Source: Bacteroidales bacterium
GTDB lineage: Bacteria; Bacteroidota; Bacteroidia; Bacteroidales; Prolixibacteraceae
Assembly (NCBI GenBank): GCA_015654795.1
Contig: JAATGF010000062.1
Coordinates: forward strand, 8,102-72,101
DNA length: 64,000 nt
Direction: 5' to 3'
Under the pieces are notes generated by a model that was not told where the DNA came from, searched no databases, and was given only the letters and a program-made list of their open reading frames with translations. The translations under genes and the position numbers were made by a program. Position 1 is the first letter of the stretch. Each line of letters starts with the position of its first letter. Positions 10,269 to 21,059 of this stretch are shown here, one piece after another.

Positions 10269-10581
10269 ATAGTAAGTGCGAAGGGATTGTAGCCACTTGT
10301 CACCTTTCATGTAATAACCATTAATTCCAAATTATTTTAGGGTCGTTCGAAAAGTAATTCAAACTCTAAAATGGATTTAAATGATTTTTACAAGCTTTAC
10401 TTACTATTGATTGATGCTTATTTTTCTTATTGACTATGAATAGTCCTCACAACTGTTGAGATTGCATTTGGGAAAATTTGAAAATAATTCAATCTTTTTT
10501 CAAATTCATGTCATTCCTTTTTTGCTCATGGTCGTTTTTAATACCGGTTGAGAACAAATTTTAAAACTCAACAATTTTACG

Positions 10582-11640
10582 TTGTACATCATGAATCTTT
10601 TCGAATCAATTAAAACTGGACATCTAATTGGGAAATACCTGACAGGTAAAGAATCCACCGAAGAGCTTGGTGAACTTAGAGCCTGGATTGATAAAAGCAG
10701 TGACAACAGGAAACTTTTTAATTCATTAAAAGAGGAGAAAACTATTGCAGACTCCATAGAAGAATTTGAAACCTATGATAAGCATTATGCCTGGAAAAGA
10801 TACATGGAACGTCTCGATGCCTTATCCCTCCAAAAAATATTAATATGGTGGAGATATGCCGCTGTTTTCTTCTTTCTGATTGCTTGTGGTGGAATATTAG
10901 CCTACCTGAACAAAGAAACGACTCCTCAGTTGGCTACAAATGACAGCTACACTACAATATCAACCAACAACGGACAAAAATCCAAAGTTACTTTGCCAGA
11001 TAGTTCAATCGTTTGGATCAATTCAGGAACTACATTATCTTATAACAGTAATTTTTCGGTTAGCGAGCGTAGTATTAAATTGAAAGGACAAGCTTTTTTC
11101 CACATTGCAAGAAACGAGAAGATGCCATTAATAGTCACCTGTAATGATTTAAATATAAGGGTTTTGGGGACTAAGTTTGATGTGTCTGCTTATCCGGAGG
11201 ATCGAAATATCAGTGTGGTTTTAGAGTCAGGAAGTGTTGAGTTACTAAAATCCGGAGATCAGTCATCCTTACAAATGTTGAAGCCCGGAGAAAAAGCTGA
11301 ATTCGATACTCAGCATCAAGAGTTATCCATCAGTAAAGTAAAAAGTTATAATTATACTTCATGGAAAGATGGTATATTAATTTTCAAGGATGAACCTATG
11401 GAAAAGGTTTTAGAAAAATTAGAACGAAAGTATAATATTGTTATTGAGGTGAAAAATCCTAAAGTCAAACAACTAATTTTTAATGCTACGATTGTGAATG
11501 AGAGTATTGAAGAGATTTTTGATTTGATGAAATTTAGTTGTGCTATCACTTATTCTATTGTTCCAAGCAAAAATCCTGAAGTTCCGGTAAAAGTGATTAT
11601 ATACAAAATGAAACAAAAAAATGAAATGCCTATGAGATAA
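10582..11640 (+). CDS. FecR-family anti-sigma factor
   Basis: 352 aa with an N-terminal cytoplasmic segment, one TM helix (WWRYAAVFFFLIACGGILAYL) and a periplasmic FecR/DUF4974-like C-terminus (..VTLPDSSIVWINSGTTLSY..). It lies between the ECF sigma factor and the SusC. Confidence 0.85.
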   Translation: MYIMNLFESIKTGHLIGKYLTGKESTEELGELRAWIDKSSDNRKLFNSLKEEKTIADSIEEFETYDKHYAWKRYMERLDALSLQKILIWWRYAAVFFFLIACGGILAYLNKETTPQLATNDSYTTISTNNGQKSKVTLPDSSIVWINSGTTLSYNSNFSVSERSIKLKGQAFFHIARNEKMPLIVTCNDLNIRVLGTKFDVSAYPEDRNISVVLESGSVELLKSGDQSSLQMLKPGEKAEFDTQHQELSISKVKSYNYTSWKDGILIFKDEPMEKVLEKLERKYNIVIEVKNPKVKQLIFNATIVNESIEEIFDLMKFSCAITYSIVPSKNPEVPVKVIIYKMKQKNEMPMR

Positions 11641-11776
11641 TAAACTAACAGTACAAACTAGAAAAAATAAAGGAGATGCGCTAACACCTCCCTTAAATTT
11701 TGCAAACACCTCTGAATTTTGACGAACCGGAGGCATTTAAGACAATTTGAATATTAATACAAATCGCAACAAATTT

Positions 11777-14700
11777 ATGAAAAAAATATATTTTTCATCT
11801 ATTCAAGTATTTTTAAAATTCTTGGAATCAAAAGTAGGTTTAAAAATGAGAGCAACACTGGTAATTTTACTAATCGGTATCGGTCAAAGTTTTGCTATTG
11901 ATCTTTATGCTCAAAACAAACGTTTGACTTTGAATATGTCTAACGTATCCATAAAGAGTGTATTAGAAATTATTGAAAATCAGTCTGATTATTTCTTTAT
12001 GTATGAAGCACGTAACGTGGATGTTGACAAAAAAGTGACCATATCCGTAGAAAATGAGTCCATTCCTGAAATATTGAACAACTTGTTTACTAACACCAAC
12101 ATTACTTACAAAATAGTTAACCACCAAATTGCATTAAATAATGTGTCATTATCTTCAGCTGGACAACAAATAGTAAAAGTAACTGGCCACATTGTTGACA
12201 CAAAAGGTATACCTCTGCCCGGCGTAGCGATAGTTATTAAGGGTACAACCACAGGAACAATTACTGATGGCGATGGGAACTATTCTTTTACTAACGTTCC
12301 AAGCAATGCCAATCTTACTTTTTCTTTTGTGGGAATGAAAACTATAGAGATTGCCGTATCTGGTAAATCTGTAATTAATATTACCCTGGAAGAGGAAGCA
12401 ATTGGTATTGAAGAGGTTGTAGCTATTGGGTATGGAACTATGAAAAAGTCAGACCTGACAGGTTCAGTTGTTTCGGCTGATATTAACGCATTCAGGGAGT
12501 CTTCCAATGTATCCATTGTTCAGTCTCTTCAGGGTACAGTACCTGGATTAAATGTTGGACAGGTAAATTCGGCAGGGCAAAATCCAACGATTTCAATCAG
12601 AGGGCAAAATTCGTTTAATAGTGGAAATACTGCACCATTGATGGTTGTGGACGGGGTTGTTTTCAATGGAGCCTTGATTGGTCTGAACCCGTCTGATGTA
12701 GAATCAATAGATGTATTGAAGGATGCCAGTTCAACGGCAATTTACGGGTCAAGGGCTGCCAATGGTGTTCTTTTGATCACTACGAAAAAAGGAAAAAATT
12801 ATGGTAAACCAGTCATCAATTATACATGCTCCTACACGATACAGAATCCGATTCAAAATCTGCGTGCATTAAACAAGGAAGGATACCTTGAAAAGATCAG
12901 GGATGCATATTGGAAGGAGGGGTACCTTGCTCCCGATTATACCCAACCTAATCCTGATTTTGATCCGAGTGTGAAATTGAATACGCGTGCATTAATAGAC
13001 GGTTATAAAAATGGAACAGAGTTTAACTGGTGGGATGCCGGCACCCAAAGCGGGCATATCCAAGAACATAACCTGAGTGTTCGAGGGCAGAACGACAGGA
13101 CATCTTATTATACCTCTATTGGTTATACTGATCAACTTGGTTTTATAACAAATGATAAATATAAAAGATTTTCAGTTAGAACTAACCTGGAAAATAAAAT
13201 CTTGGATTGGTTTAAGGTTGGGGTACAGTCGTTTGTTTCTTCTGGTGATAATTCAGGAGCATCACCAAACAGAGGCGCACTTTTTATTATGAGTCCACTT
13301 GTAACTCCTTATGATGAAAATGGCGAACTGTTGAAGAATCCTGCAGGAACAGCCCAGCAAAATCCGTTTTTTAGTTCAAACATAGGTAACTATGATAAAC
13401 AACTAAACCTTTTTGCAAATTTTTATACAGATATTGATATTCCCTTTATCAAGGGTTTATCTTATCGAATTAATTATTCTCATAATTATATGTTGAATCG
13501 CTATTTTAATTCCAGTGAATATGCAGTAAATTTCACAGGAGAAGCGTTAAAAACTAATGGAACCGAATATGACTGGACCTTCGACAATATTTTGAGTTAT
13601 TCAAAGTCCATTCAGAATCATACTGTTAATGTTACACTTGTGGCTGGACGAGAGAAAAGGGAATATGAGAGTACGACGGCAACTGCTCAAAGTTTTTCAA
13701 ATTTAGATTTAGGTTATAACAATCTGAGTTTAGGCACTAATCAATTTGCGTCTTCGTCTGCATGGAATGAGAACAGCCTATATTATATGGGAAGGCTGCA
13801 TTACGGATTTAAAAATAAATACCTGGCAACTTTTACTGTCCGTAGAGATGGGTTTTCGGGATTTTCCAAAAATAATAAATTTGGGATTTTTCCATCTGGC
13901 GCATTAGCATGGGTACTTAGCGAGGAATCTTTTTTTAAAGAAAAACTGGATTGGCTTGAGTTTTTGAAAATAAGGACTTCGTATGGAGCAAATGGTAATC
14001 GTACTATGGGACGTTACGGCACTCTTGCAAAAGTAACCTATAGTAAAGATTATGTTTTTGGAGATGGCGGCCAATCTTCTTTTGGGGAATATATAAATTC
14101 CATGGCGAATTTAGATTTATCATGGGAGACAACAACTGGAATAAACCTGGGATTGGATTTTGTTTTGTTAAAGCAAAGGATCAGTGGTAACATAGAATAT
14201 TATAATACTAATACAAAAAATATTTTATTTGATTTACAAATACCTCAAATTTCGGGATTTGGGTCGATTACAAGCAATATCGGAAAGGTATACAACCACG
14301 GAACTGAGTTTTCGATCACCAGTGCCAATGTGAAGACTGATGATTTTACATGGAGTACAACCTTAAATTTTTCAGCTAACAGGAACAAAATAAAATCAAT
14401 TATGGGAGTGGATACTAATGGTGATGGTAAGGAAGACGATCTTGTTTCGAGTGGGTTATTCATTGGAGAACCCATAAATGCTATTTATGATTACAAGATT
14501 AAAGGGTTATACCAAATAACAGACACAGATATTCCTGAAGGCTGGTTGCCAGGGCAATACAGATTAGCAGATTTAAATAAAGATGGATCAATTACTGCTG
14601 CCCTGGACAGAGAAATTATTGGGTATAAAGATCCAAGTTACCGTTTCAGTGTCACCAACAACTTTAATTTTAGAAACTGGGAACTGAGAATATTTATTAA

Positions 14701-15103
14701 TTCGATACAAGGTGGTAAGAATATGTATTATGGCAAAAATGACCCCACTTATAACTGGGATTCGGACAATATAACAGCAAGTAATCTTGTCAAATGGGAC
14801 TGGTGGACTCCGGCTAACCCTGCCGCAGAATATCCATACCTTTTAAAGAAATCACCAATATTGCCCGGCTATTACGATAAAAGAAGTTTCGTCAGATTGC
14901 AAGATGTTTCACTATCATACCGATTTGATAAAAAATTGGTGAATAAAATTGGCGTCCAGGATCTGAAAATTTATATCAATGGGAAGAATCTCTATACCTG
15001 GACCAAATGGAAAGGATGGGATCCCGAAACAGGGCAAGGATATGATTATGGCGGAATGCCTACATTACGGGGTTATTCTTTAGGAATCGATTTAACTTTT
15101 TAG
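11777..15103 (+). CDS. susC: SusC-like TonB-dependent transporter with N-terminal STN signalling domain
   Basis: ORF 11747..15103 starts at TTG, the first ATG is at 11777, and 11846 is an alternative start. It has an STN-type extension (LTLNMSNVSIKSVLEIIENQSDYFFMYE), a CarboxypepD_reg-like segment (VTGHIVDTKGIPLPGVAIVIKGTTTGTITDGDGNYSF), a plug (SIDVLKDASSTAIYGSRAANGVLLITTKKG) and a terminal ..GIDLTF. Confidence 0.9.
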   Translation: MKKIYFSSIQVFLKFLESKVGLKMRATLVILLIGIGQSFAIDLYAQNKRLTLNMSNVSIKSVLEIIENQSDYFFMYEARNVDVDKKVTISVENESIPEILNNLFTNTNITYKIVNHQIALNNVSLSSAGQQIVKVTGHIVDTKGIPLPGVAIVIKGTTTGTITDGDGNYSFTNVPSNANLTFSFVGMKTIEIAVSGKSVINITLEEEAIGIEEVVAIGYGTMKKSDLTGSVVSADINAFRESSNVSIVQSLQGTVPGLNVGQVNSAGQNPTISIRGQNSFNSGNTAPLMVVDGVVFNGALIGLNPSDVESIDVLKDASSTAIYGSRAANGVLLITTKKGKNYGKPVINYTCSYTIQNPIQNLRALNKEGYLEKIRDAYWKEGYLAPDYTQPNPDFDPSVKLNTRALIDGYKNGTEFNWWDAGTQSGHIQEHNLSVRGQNDRTSYYTSIGYTDQLGFITNDKYKRFSVRTNLENKILDWFKVGVQSFVSSGDNSGASPNRGALFIMSPLVTPYDENGELLKNPAGTAQQNPFFSSNIGNYDKQLNLFANFYTDIDIPFIKGLSYRINYSHNYMLNRYFNSSEYAVNFTGEALKTNGTEYDWTFDNILSYSKSIQNHTVNVTLVAGREKREYESTTATAQSFSNLDLGYNNLSLGTNQFASSSAWNENSLYYMGRLHYGFKNKYLATFTVRRDGFSGFSKNNKFGIFPSGALAWVLSEESFFKEKLDWLEFLKIRTSYGANGNRTMGRYGTLAKVTYSKDYVFGDGGQSSFGEYINSMANLDLSWETTTGINLGLDFVLLKQRISGNIEYYNTNTKNILFDLQIPQISGFGSITSNIGKVYNHGTEFSITSANVKTDDFTWSTTLNFSANRNKIKSIMGVDTNGDGKEDDLVSSGLFIGEPINAIYDYKIKGLYQITDTDIPEGWLPGQYRLADLNKDGSITAALDREIIGYKDPSYRFSVTNNFNFRNWELRIFINSIQGGKNMYYGKNDPTYNWDSDNITASNLVKWDWWTPANPAAEYPYLLKKSPILPGYYDKRSFVRLQDVSLSYRFDKKLVNKIGVQDLKIYINGKNLYTWTKWKGWDPETGQGYDYGGMPTLRGYSLGIDLTF

Positions 15104-15125
15104 AAAACTGTAAAATTATACGATC

Positions 15126-16787
15126 ATGAAATCATATAAATATTTATTGATTATTTTCTTTGCAATTTCATTGTTTTCCTGTAACGAAGATAAGATACTG
15201 GAAGAGGTACCACTTAACTTTTATAGTCCTGAAAATTCATATACTACACCAAAACAAATTGATGCAGCGATAATTGAATTATACAATCAAGCCAGGTACC
15301 TGTATTACAGTTCATGGAATGATGACGTAAATCGGTGGTCATCTGCCCTCCAGGCCGGGACCGATTTTGGCCGCGATGCAAGGGCGCCTGGTCAATTTGG
15401 GATCGGTAATTACCCTGCATATCTGTTCCCCAGCTCAAACCTTACATTAGGATGGTGGGTAAACACGTATAAACTTATTTCCATGTCAAATGTTATCCTC
15501 AACAGGATCACAGGCATAACATATCCTACAGAAGGAGAAAAAAATACCGCCATAGCCGAAGCAAGATTTTTCAGAGGGTTTTCTTACCGCATATTGGCCT
15601 ATTTATATGGGGGAGTTCCAATCGAACTTAAAGAGGTAAGTTCGCCTAAAAGAGATTATACCCGTGCAACAAGAGAAGAAGTTTATACGCAATGTATAGA
15701 TGACATAAAGTTTGCTTCAGAAAACCTGCCAGATATTAATAGTGTTAAGGCACAAGGTCGGGTAAGTAAAGAGGCGGCTTTTCATTTCCTTGCCGATTTG
15801 TACCTGGCCACCCATGAATGGGATAAAGCCATCAATGCCTCTTCTCAGGTTATTGATAATCCAAACTTTAGCTTGGTGAAAGAGCGTTTCGGCTCCAGGA
15901 AGAACGAACCCGGCGATGTATGGTGGGACCTTTTTCAAAGAGGCAACCAAAACAGGAGCAGTGGGAATAAAGAAGCGGTATGGGTGGCACAAATAGAATT
16001 TAATGTCCCGGGAGGCGGCGACACTTATAAAGCTGAAAGATATTGGGGATGCTGGTATTATAATATTAAGGACCCGGATGGCATTTCTGGCTTTATCGGC
16101 CCTACATCACAAAATTGTGGACGCCCGGTTGGGTTGATGGGGGCAACAAAATATTGGGAAACCACAATATGGGAAAGCGATTGGGACAATGATATGCGGA
16201 ATAGCCAATACAATATGGTCAGGGACTTTGTTTATGATAATCCGAAATCGGCATATTATGGGAAAAAAGTCAGCGAATTTCCCCCAAAGAACCTTGACAC
16301 ACGACAAGACTTTTATCCTTTCCAATCAAAAATTTCCACACCCCGGAATCATCCGGACCAATTGTATTCTGATAAAAGTACAGGATTATTGTTAGGTTCT
16401 GCCGGGGCTACTTATACTGATCAATATTTTGTCCGTTTAGCCGAAACCTATTTAATCAGGGCCGAAGCTTATTTAAGCTCGGGAGATAAAACGAGAGCCG
16501 CCGCCGATATCAACGCGGTGAGAGCCAGGGTGAATGCCAAACCGGTCAATCCTGGCAATGTGGATATTAATTATATCCTCGATGAAAGGCTCAGGGAGTT
16601 GGCATATGAAGAAAAAAGAAGGTTGACATTGTCACGTCTGGGGATGGTTTATGAAAGGACTAAAAAATATAATACATACGACGATGGACTGACTATCCAA
16701 CCTTTTAACGAACTTTTTCCAATTCCATATAGTGAAATTGAAAGGAATACTGAAGCAGTGTTGGAGCAGAACCCTGGGTACAATTAG
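15126..16787 (+). CDS. susD: SusD/RagB-family outer-membrane lipoprotein
   Basis: 553 aa with a lipoprotein signal (..ISLFSCNED) and SusD-type TPR-like blocks (AEARFFRGFSYRILAYLYGGVPI; FVRLAETYLIRAEAYL; ERLRELAYEEKRRLTLSRLG). It is directly downstream of susC. Confidence 0.9.
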   Translation: MKSYKYLLIIFFAISLFSCNEDKILEEVPLNFYSPENSYTTPKQIDAAIIELYNQARYLYYSSWNDDVNRWSSALQAGTDFGRDARAPGQFGIGNYPAYLFPSSNLTLGWWVNTYKLISMSNVILNRITGITYPTEGEKNTAIAEARFFRGFSYRILAYLYGGVPIELKEVSSPKRDYTRATREEVYTQCIDDIKFASENLPDINSVKAQGRVSKEAAFHFLADLYLATHEWDKAINASSQVIDNPNFSLVKERFGSRKNEPGDVWWDLFQRGNQNRSSGNKEAVWVAQIEFNVPGGGDTYKAERYWGCWYYNIKDPDGISGFIGPTSQNCGRPVGLMGATKYWETTIWESDWDNDMRNSQYNMVRDFVYDNPKSAYYGKKVSEFPPKNLDTRQDFYPFQSKISTPRNHPDQLYSDKSTGLLLGSAGATYTDQYFVRLAETYLIRAEAYLSSGDKTRAAADINAVRARVNAKPVNPGNVDINYILDERLRELAYEEKRRLTLSRLGMVYERTKKYNTYDDGLTIQPFNELFPIPYSEIERNTEAVLEQNPGYN

Positions 16788-16797
16788 TAAGATATTT

Positions 16798-16842
16798 GGC
16801 ACAGAATGTTTGTTTTTAAGTTAAAAATAGATGTTCTGTGCC
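16798..16842 (+). terminator. Hairpin downstream of susD (possible intrinsic terminator/attenuator)
   Basis: ggcacagaa (16798-16806) pairs with ttctgtgcc (16834-16842), giving a 9-bp perfect stem with an AT-rich loop of about 27 nt. Confidence 0.3.
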
Positions 16843-16923
16843 TAACACTCATATAGTTGTTCATATTATTATGTATCCAAATCTTTTATAAATCAATAGA
16901 ATTAAAACAATGCAAATCAAAGT

Positions 16924-18093
16924 ATGAAGAATAAATTTTTAAGTAGAAAGATTGGATTTCTGATAGTATCGTTTTTTTTATTCTTATCTGTCAATGTTAT
17001 TGCAAATCAGATTTCTGAAAAATCAAGTAAAAGTTCTGTTCTTGAAATAGCTGAAAAAGTAACAAATTGGCAACTTGTCCATCTGCCAGCCAATACGTCT
17101 AAAGATTGGTGGGAGCAACCAACAAAACGGACTTATGGCAAGCATTTATTAGATTGGGAATATGGTACTTTTTATTCCGGGTTAATGGATTTGTACAAAG
17201 TAGATTCAAAAGAGAAGTACCTAAAAGTTTTGATGGATATGGGCGAAGGATACCAATGGTATATCCGCCCCAGATTATGGGATGCTAATGTATTACAAAT
17301 CGGCCAGGTGTATCTTGAGTTGTACAAATTGAAGAAAAAACAGGAAATACTTACAATGGTCGGATATGCTTTGAGTGCCAATTTTGACAGGCATCCTGAA
17401 AATCCTGATATTACGTTTAAAAACAATAATTATTGGTGGAGCTGGTGGAGTTGGTGCGATGCACTATTTATGGCGCCCCCAACATTTGTTAAATATGCAG
17501 AAGTGACGGGGAAACCAGAGTACCTGGACAAAATGAATGAATTGTATTTAATGAGTTATAATTACTTGTATGACAAATCAGAGAAACTCTTTTTCAGAGA
17601 TGATCGGTTTTTTGAACAACGTTCTTCTAATGGAGAAAAAATATTTTGGGCAAGAGGAAATGGTTGGGTCGTTGCGGGATTAGCTAAAATGTTGCAGTCA
17701 ATGCCTAAGAATTATTCCAACAGAGCTTTCTATGAAACTCTTTTGAAAGAAATGGCTTCTCGGTTAAAAGATATTCAGCAGCCCGAAGGGCATTGGCCAT
17801 CAAACCTCTTGGATGCGACTCAGTTCCGTAGTATTGAAACCAGTGGTACCGGCCTTATTTGCTATGCGCTTGCATATGGCATCAACAATGGATATTTGAA
17901 TAAAGACCAGTACTATCCTGTTGTGGAAAAAGCCTGGGGGGTTTTAGCTAAAAGTGTCCACCCCGATGGTAAGTTGGGATATGTACAATGGATTGGAGAC
18001 GCCCCTGCATCGGTATCGTACGAAAGTACAGCAGCTTTTGGTGTCGGCGCTTTCTTATTGGCTGCAAGCGAGGTGTATAAGCTTATCCCTTAA
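16924..18093 (+). CDS. GH105 unsaturated rhamnogalacturonyl hydrolase (YteR-like)
   Basis: 389 aa with a signal peptide. Motifs WWSWCDALFMAPP and FWARGNGWVVAGLAKML (RGNGW), together with the overall size, fit the GH105/GH88 (alpha/alpha)6 fold. The RGNGW motif favours GH105. Confidence 0.75.
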   Translation: MKNKFLSRKIGFLIVSFFLFLSVNVIANQISEKSSKSSVLEIAEKVTNWQLVHLPANTSKDWWEQPTKRTYGKHLLDWEYGTFYSGLMDLYKVDSKEKYLKVLMDMGEGYQWYIRPRLWDANVLQIGQVYLELYKLKKKQEILTMVGYALSANFDRHPENPDITFKNNNYWWSWWSWCDALFMAPPTFVKYAEVTGKPEYLDKMNELYLMSYNYLYDKSEKLFFRDDRFFEQRSSNGEKIFWARGNGWVVAGLAKMLQSMPKNYSNRAFYETLLKEMASRLKDIQQPEGHWPSNLLDATQFRSIETSGTGLICYALAYGINNGYLNKDQYYPVVEKAWGVLAKSVHPDGKLGYVQWIGDAPASVSYESTAAFGVGAFLLAASEVYKLIP

Positions 18094-18148
18094 TAATGAA
18101 ACGATACAAACTTGAGCGGATAACAATAAATCATCGAAAATCAAGAAA

Positions 18149-19645
18149 ATGAAACGGGAAAAATTCTCAATGTATTTAATTTTAGCATTAACTTTTATCA
18201 GTTTAAACTGCTGGTCAAAAGACTACAACATACTGGATTATGGTGCAACAGGCGATGGGGTTACCCTGAATACAGCAGCTATTCAATCAACAATTGATGC
18301 TTGTTCTGGTTTAGGGGGCGGGAGGGTATTAATCCCATCAGGAAAATATTTGTCAGGAACTATTTTACTAAAAAGTAATGTCGAAATACATTTTGAACAT
18401 TCTTCCACGTTGCTGGGCAGCCCGAATAAAGAAGATTATCCTACTCAACCTGTTCCGAAATATCGTTCACTCAGAGATGATTCAGGTTTCCGTTCGTTAA
18501 TATATGCCGAGGGGCAGTCCAATATTGCTTTAACCGGAAACGGGACTATTGACGGGCAGGGAAAGAACCATCCCATGATAAAAGGACAAGATGACGAAAA
18601 CAGGCCTAAAAATGTATTATTTATTTCATGCCAAAATGTAAAAGTTGAAGGGTTACATTTCACTAATTCGGCATTTTGGAACCAGCATTACCTGGATTGC
18701 GAGGATGTTATTGTCCGGGGTATTTCAGTTTATAACCATTGCAACTACAACAACGATGCGATAGATATTGACGGGTGCCGGCGGTTTGTTTTGTCCGATT
18801 GTATTTTCGACACCGATGATGATGGAATTACGTTAAAAAGTACAGGGGCATCTCCGACCGAGGATATTGTCATTACTAATTGTATTGTTTCCAGTTTTTG
18901 CAATGCCATTAAAGCCGGAACAGAATCCACCGGGGGATTTCGCAACATAACCATTTCCAATTGTGTAGTAAAGCCATCCAGGTCCGAAAATACACCATTA
19001 TTTAATACCCCTCGAATAGGTATTACAGGCCTTTCTTTAATGATTACAGACGGCGGAATAATGGAAGGAGTGACAGTAAGTGACCTGACCATTTACGGAA
19101 CCATGGCTCCATTGTACATCAGGTTGGGTAACCGCGCACGCAAACATACACGCGACGCACCTGAGCCGGCGGTAGGCAAGGTTAATAATATTTCGATCGA
19201 TAACGTGGTTGCCTATGGCGCGGGAAGCTATGGATCATCAATCACAGGAATTCTGCATTATCCTGTCAAAAATATTTTGCTGAGTAATATTCAATTGTTT
19301 ACAAGTGGAGGTATAAAAAAAGGAGATTACAATGAAATAGTGGAAGAGGCTGAAAATAAATACCCTCAGCCAACAATTTGGGGTAATCTCCCGGCATCAG
19401 GTTTATATATCCGGCATGCAGAAGGAATATCAATTCACAACCTGGTTTTAGGGGTTGAAGCACCTGATGAACGTGTCCCCGTAGTAGCCGACGATGTCTC
19501 CTTTTTACAAATCTCAGGAAGCAGGTTATACGGTGATTTCACATCAACACCGTTTGTAAAGGGAAAAAGCATGAAGCAATATAAAATTGATAAACCTATT
19601 GGTTGGAAAGGAAACGACAAAAATTTAATAGAAGTAATTAATTAA
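18149..19645 (+). CDS. GH28 polygalacturonase/rhamnogalacturonase-type beta-helix hydrolase
   Basis: 498 aa with a signal peptide. YNILDYGATGDGVTLNTAAIQSTIDAC is a pectate_lyase_3-like N-terminus. NNDAIDIDGC and DTDDDGITLKS match the GH28 catalytic Asp motifs. Confidence 0.85.
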   Translation: MKREKFSMYLILALTFISLNCWSKDYNILDYGATGDGVTLNTAAIQSTIDACSGLGGGRVLIPSGKYLSGTILLKSNVEIHFEHSSTLLGSPNKEDYPTQPVPKYRSLRDDSGFRSLIYAEGQSNIALTGNGTIDGQGKNHPMIKGQDDENRPKNVLFISCQNVKVEGLHFTNSAFWNQHYLDCEDVIVRGISVYNHCNYNNDAIDIDGCRRFVLSDCIFDTDDDGITLKSTGASPTEDIVITNCIVSSFCNAIKAGTESTGGFRNITISNCVVKPSRSENTPLFNTPRIGITGLSLMITDGGIMEGVTVSDLTIYGTMAPLYIRLGNRARKHTRDAPEPAVGKVNNISIDNVVAYGAGSYGSSITGILHYPVKNILLSNIQLFTSGGIKKGDYNEIVEEAENKYPQPTIWGNLPASGLYIRHAEGISIHNLVLGVEAPDERVPVVADDVSFLQISGSRLYGDFTSTPFVKGKSMKQYKIDKPIGWKGNDKNLIEVIN

Positions 19646-19779
19646 AGAAATTTCATTTAACCTGGTTTAAACAATTTATGACATAAAAGGGAATTATGAA
19701 GCCAATTTTTGTCTTTTTCGCCTTAGCAATAAGTTTATGTAGTGTTTATTATATTTTTTCTAAACCAATAACTAAAATT

Positions 19780-20916
19780 ATGAATCGTATATTTTTTCTT
19801 TATTTCTTTATTTCTGTTTCGTTTTCATCCCAGGGTCAATCCCTTTTTCAAATACCCGAAGGGGTGCAAACCCGATGGTCAAGCGCCGAGAATTGGGGCG
19901 GAGAAAAGGGCGCCGGAGGAATAAAAAATGGTGGTAGAAAAGGATCGCCCAGTTTTGCCTTGAAAGCGGGAGCAGAAAAAGTGCTTGCCCAGGCCAGTGA
20001 AACCAGCGGCATGATTCGCCGTATTTGGTGCACGATTGATAAGCGGTCGCCCAAAATGCTCCGGGGAATCAGGCTGGAGATGTTCTGGGACAATGCGGAA
20101 AAACCGGCAGTGTCAGTCCCGTTGGGCGATTTTTTCGGGCAAGGGCTTGGCCAGATGAAAGCATTCGAGAATGTATTTTTTGCCAGCCCTGAAGGGAAAA
20201 GTTTCCTGTGTTTGGTGCCTATGCCTTTCAAAAAAGCCATGAAGATTGTGGTCAAAAACGAGACGGATGAAGACATCTCCATGTTTTTTTATGATGTTGA
20301 CTATACCTTTGGCGACCAGTTTGGTAAAGATTTGCTCTATTTCCATGCCTGGTACAACCATCAAAACCCGACCAAACTGCGGAAAGATTACGAAATTTTA
20401 CCATTTGTGGCAGGAAAGGGTCGTTTTCTGGGGGCCAACTTCAGTGTGATTGTAAATACCATCGAATATACAAGGTCGTGGTGGGGCGAGGGAGAAGTAA
20501 AAATGTACATCGACGGCGATTCGGAATACCCGACCCTTTGCGGAACCGGCACGGAAGATTACATCGGGACAGGCTGGGGTCAAGGCGAATATTCGCAAAT
20601 GTACCAGGGCTGTACGGTTGCTAACGGCGAAAAAATGGAATATGCCTTTTACCGTTATCATGTTCCCGATCCGGTTTATTTCTACAAGGACATAAAAGCG
20701 ACGATTCAACAGATTGGTTTTGCCAACGAAAAGGAAATAAAAATGCTTGCCCAAATGAAAAATCCAGTCTACCCGATTGGCAAAGAATTGAAGGCTATTG
20801 ATTTTTCGAAAGAAATGAAAGGGCTATTGTTCGAAAGGACAGATGATGTTGCCAGTTGCGCCTATTTCTATTTGTCGGAACCTGAAAATAACCTGCCACA
20901 AAAAGCAGATAAATAA
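19780..20916 (+). CDS. DUF2961 family protein (family now classified as GH172)
   Basis: ORF 19696..20916, with the probable start at 19780 (MNRIFFLYFFISVSFSSQGQS signal). The hallmark is WWGEGEVKMYIDGDSEYPTLCGTGTEDYIGTGWGQ. Confidence 0.7.
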   Translation: MNRIFFLYFFISVSFSSQGQSLFQIPEGVQTRWSSAENWGGEKGAGGIKNGGRKGSPSFALKAGAEKVLAQASETSGMIRRIWCTIDKRSPKMLRGIRLEMFWDNAEKPAVSVPLGDFFGQGLGQMKAFENVFFASPEGKSFLCLVPMPFKKAMKIVVKNETDEDISMFFYDVDYTFGDQFGKDLLYFHAWYNHQNPTKLRKDYEILPFVAGKGRFLGANFSVIVNTIEYTRSWWGEGEVKMYIDGDSEYPTLCGTGTEDYIGTGWGQGEYSQMYQGCTVANGEKMEYAFYRYHVPDPVYFYKDIKATIQQIGFANEKEIKMLAQMKNPVYPIGKELKAIDFSKEMKGLLFERTDDVASCAYFYLSEPENNLPQKADK

Positions 20917-21059
20917 CACACAAACACATGATCTGTGAAAACAAAAATTAACCTGACCATTGGTTTTCAACCACATTTATAACGTGTCCTAAAATAATTC
21001 AAATACTGAACGAACATACATACAGCGCAAACGCATTGTTGGCAACCTCCACAGACAGG

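Noticed and set aside
19848-20754. Minus-strand ORFs of 144, 83 and 118 aa inside the DUF2961 gene
   Set aside because: They are antisense to a CDS with a strong family signature and have no motifs of their own.
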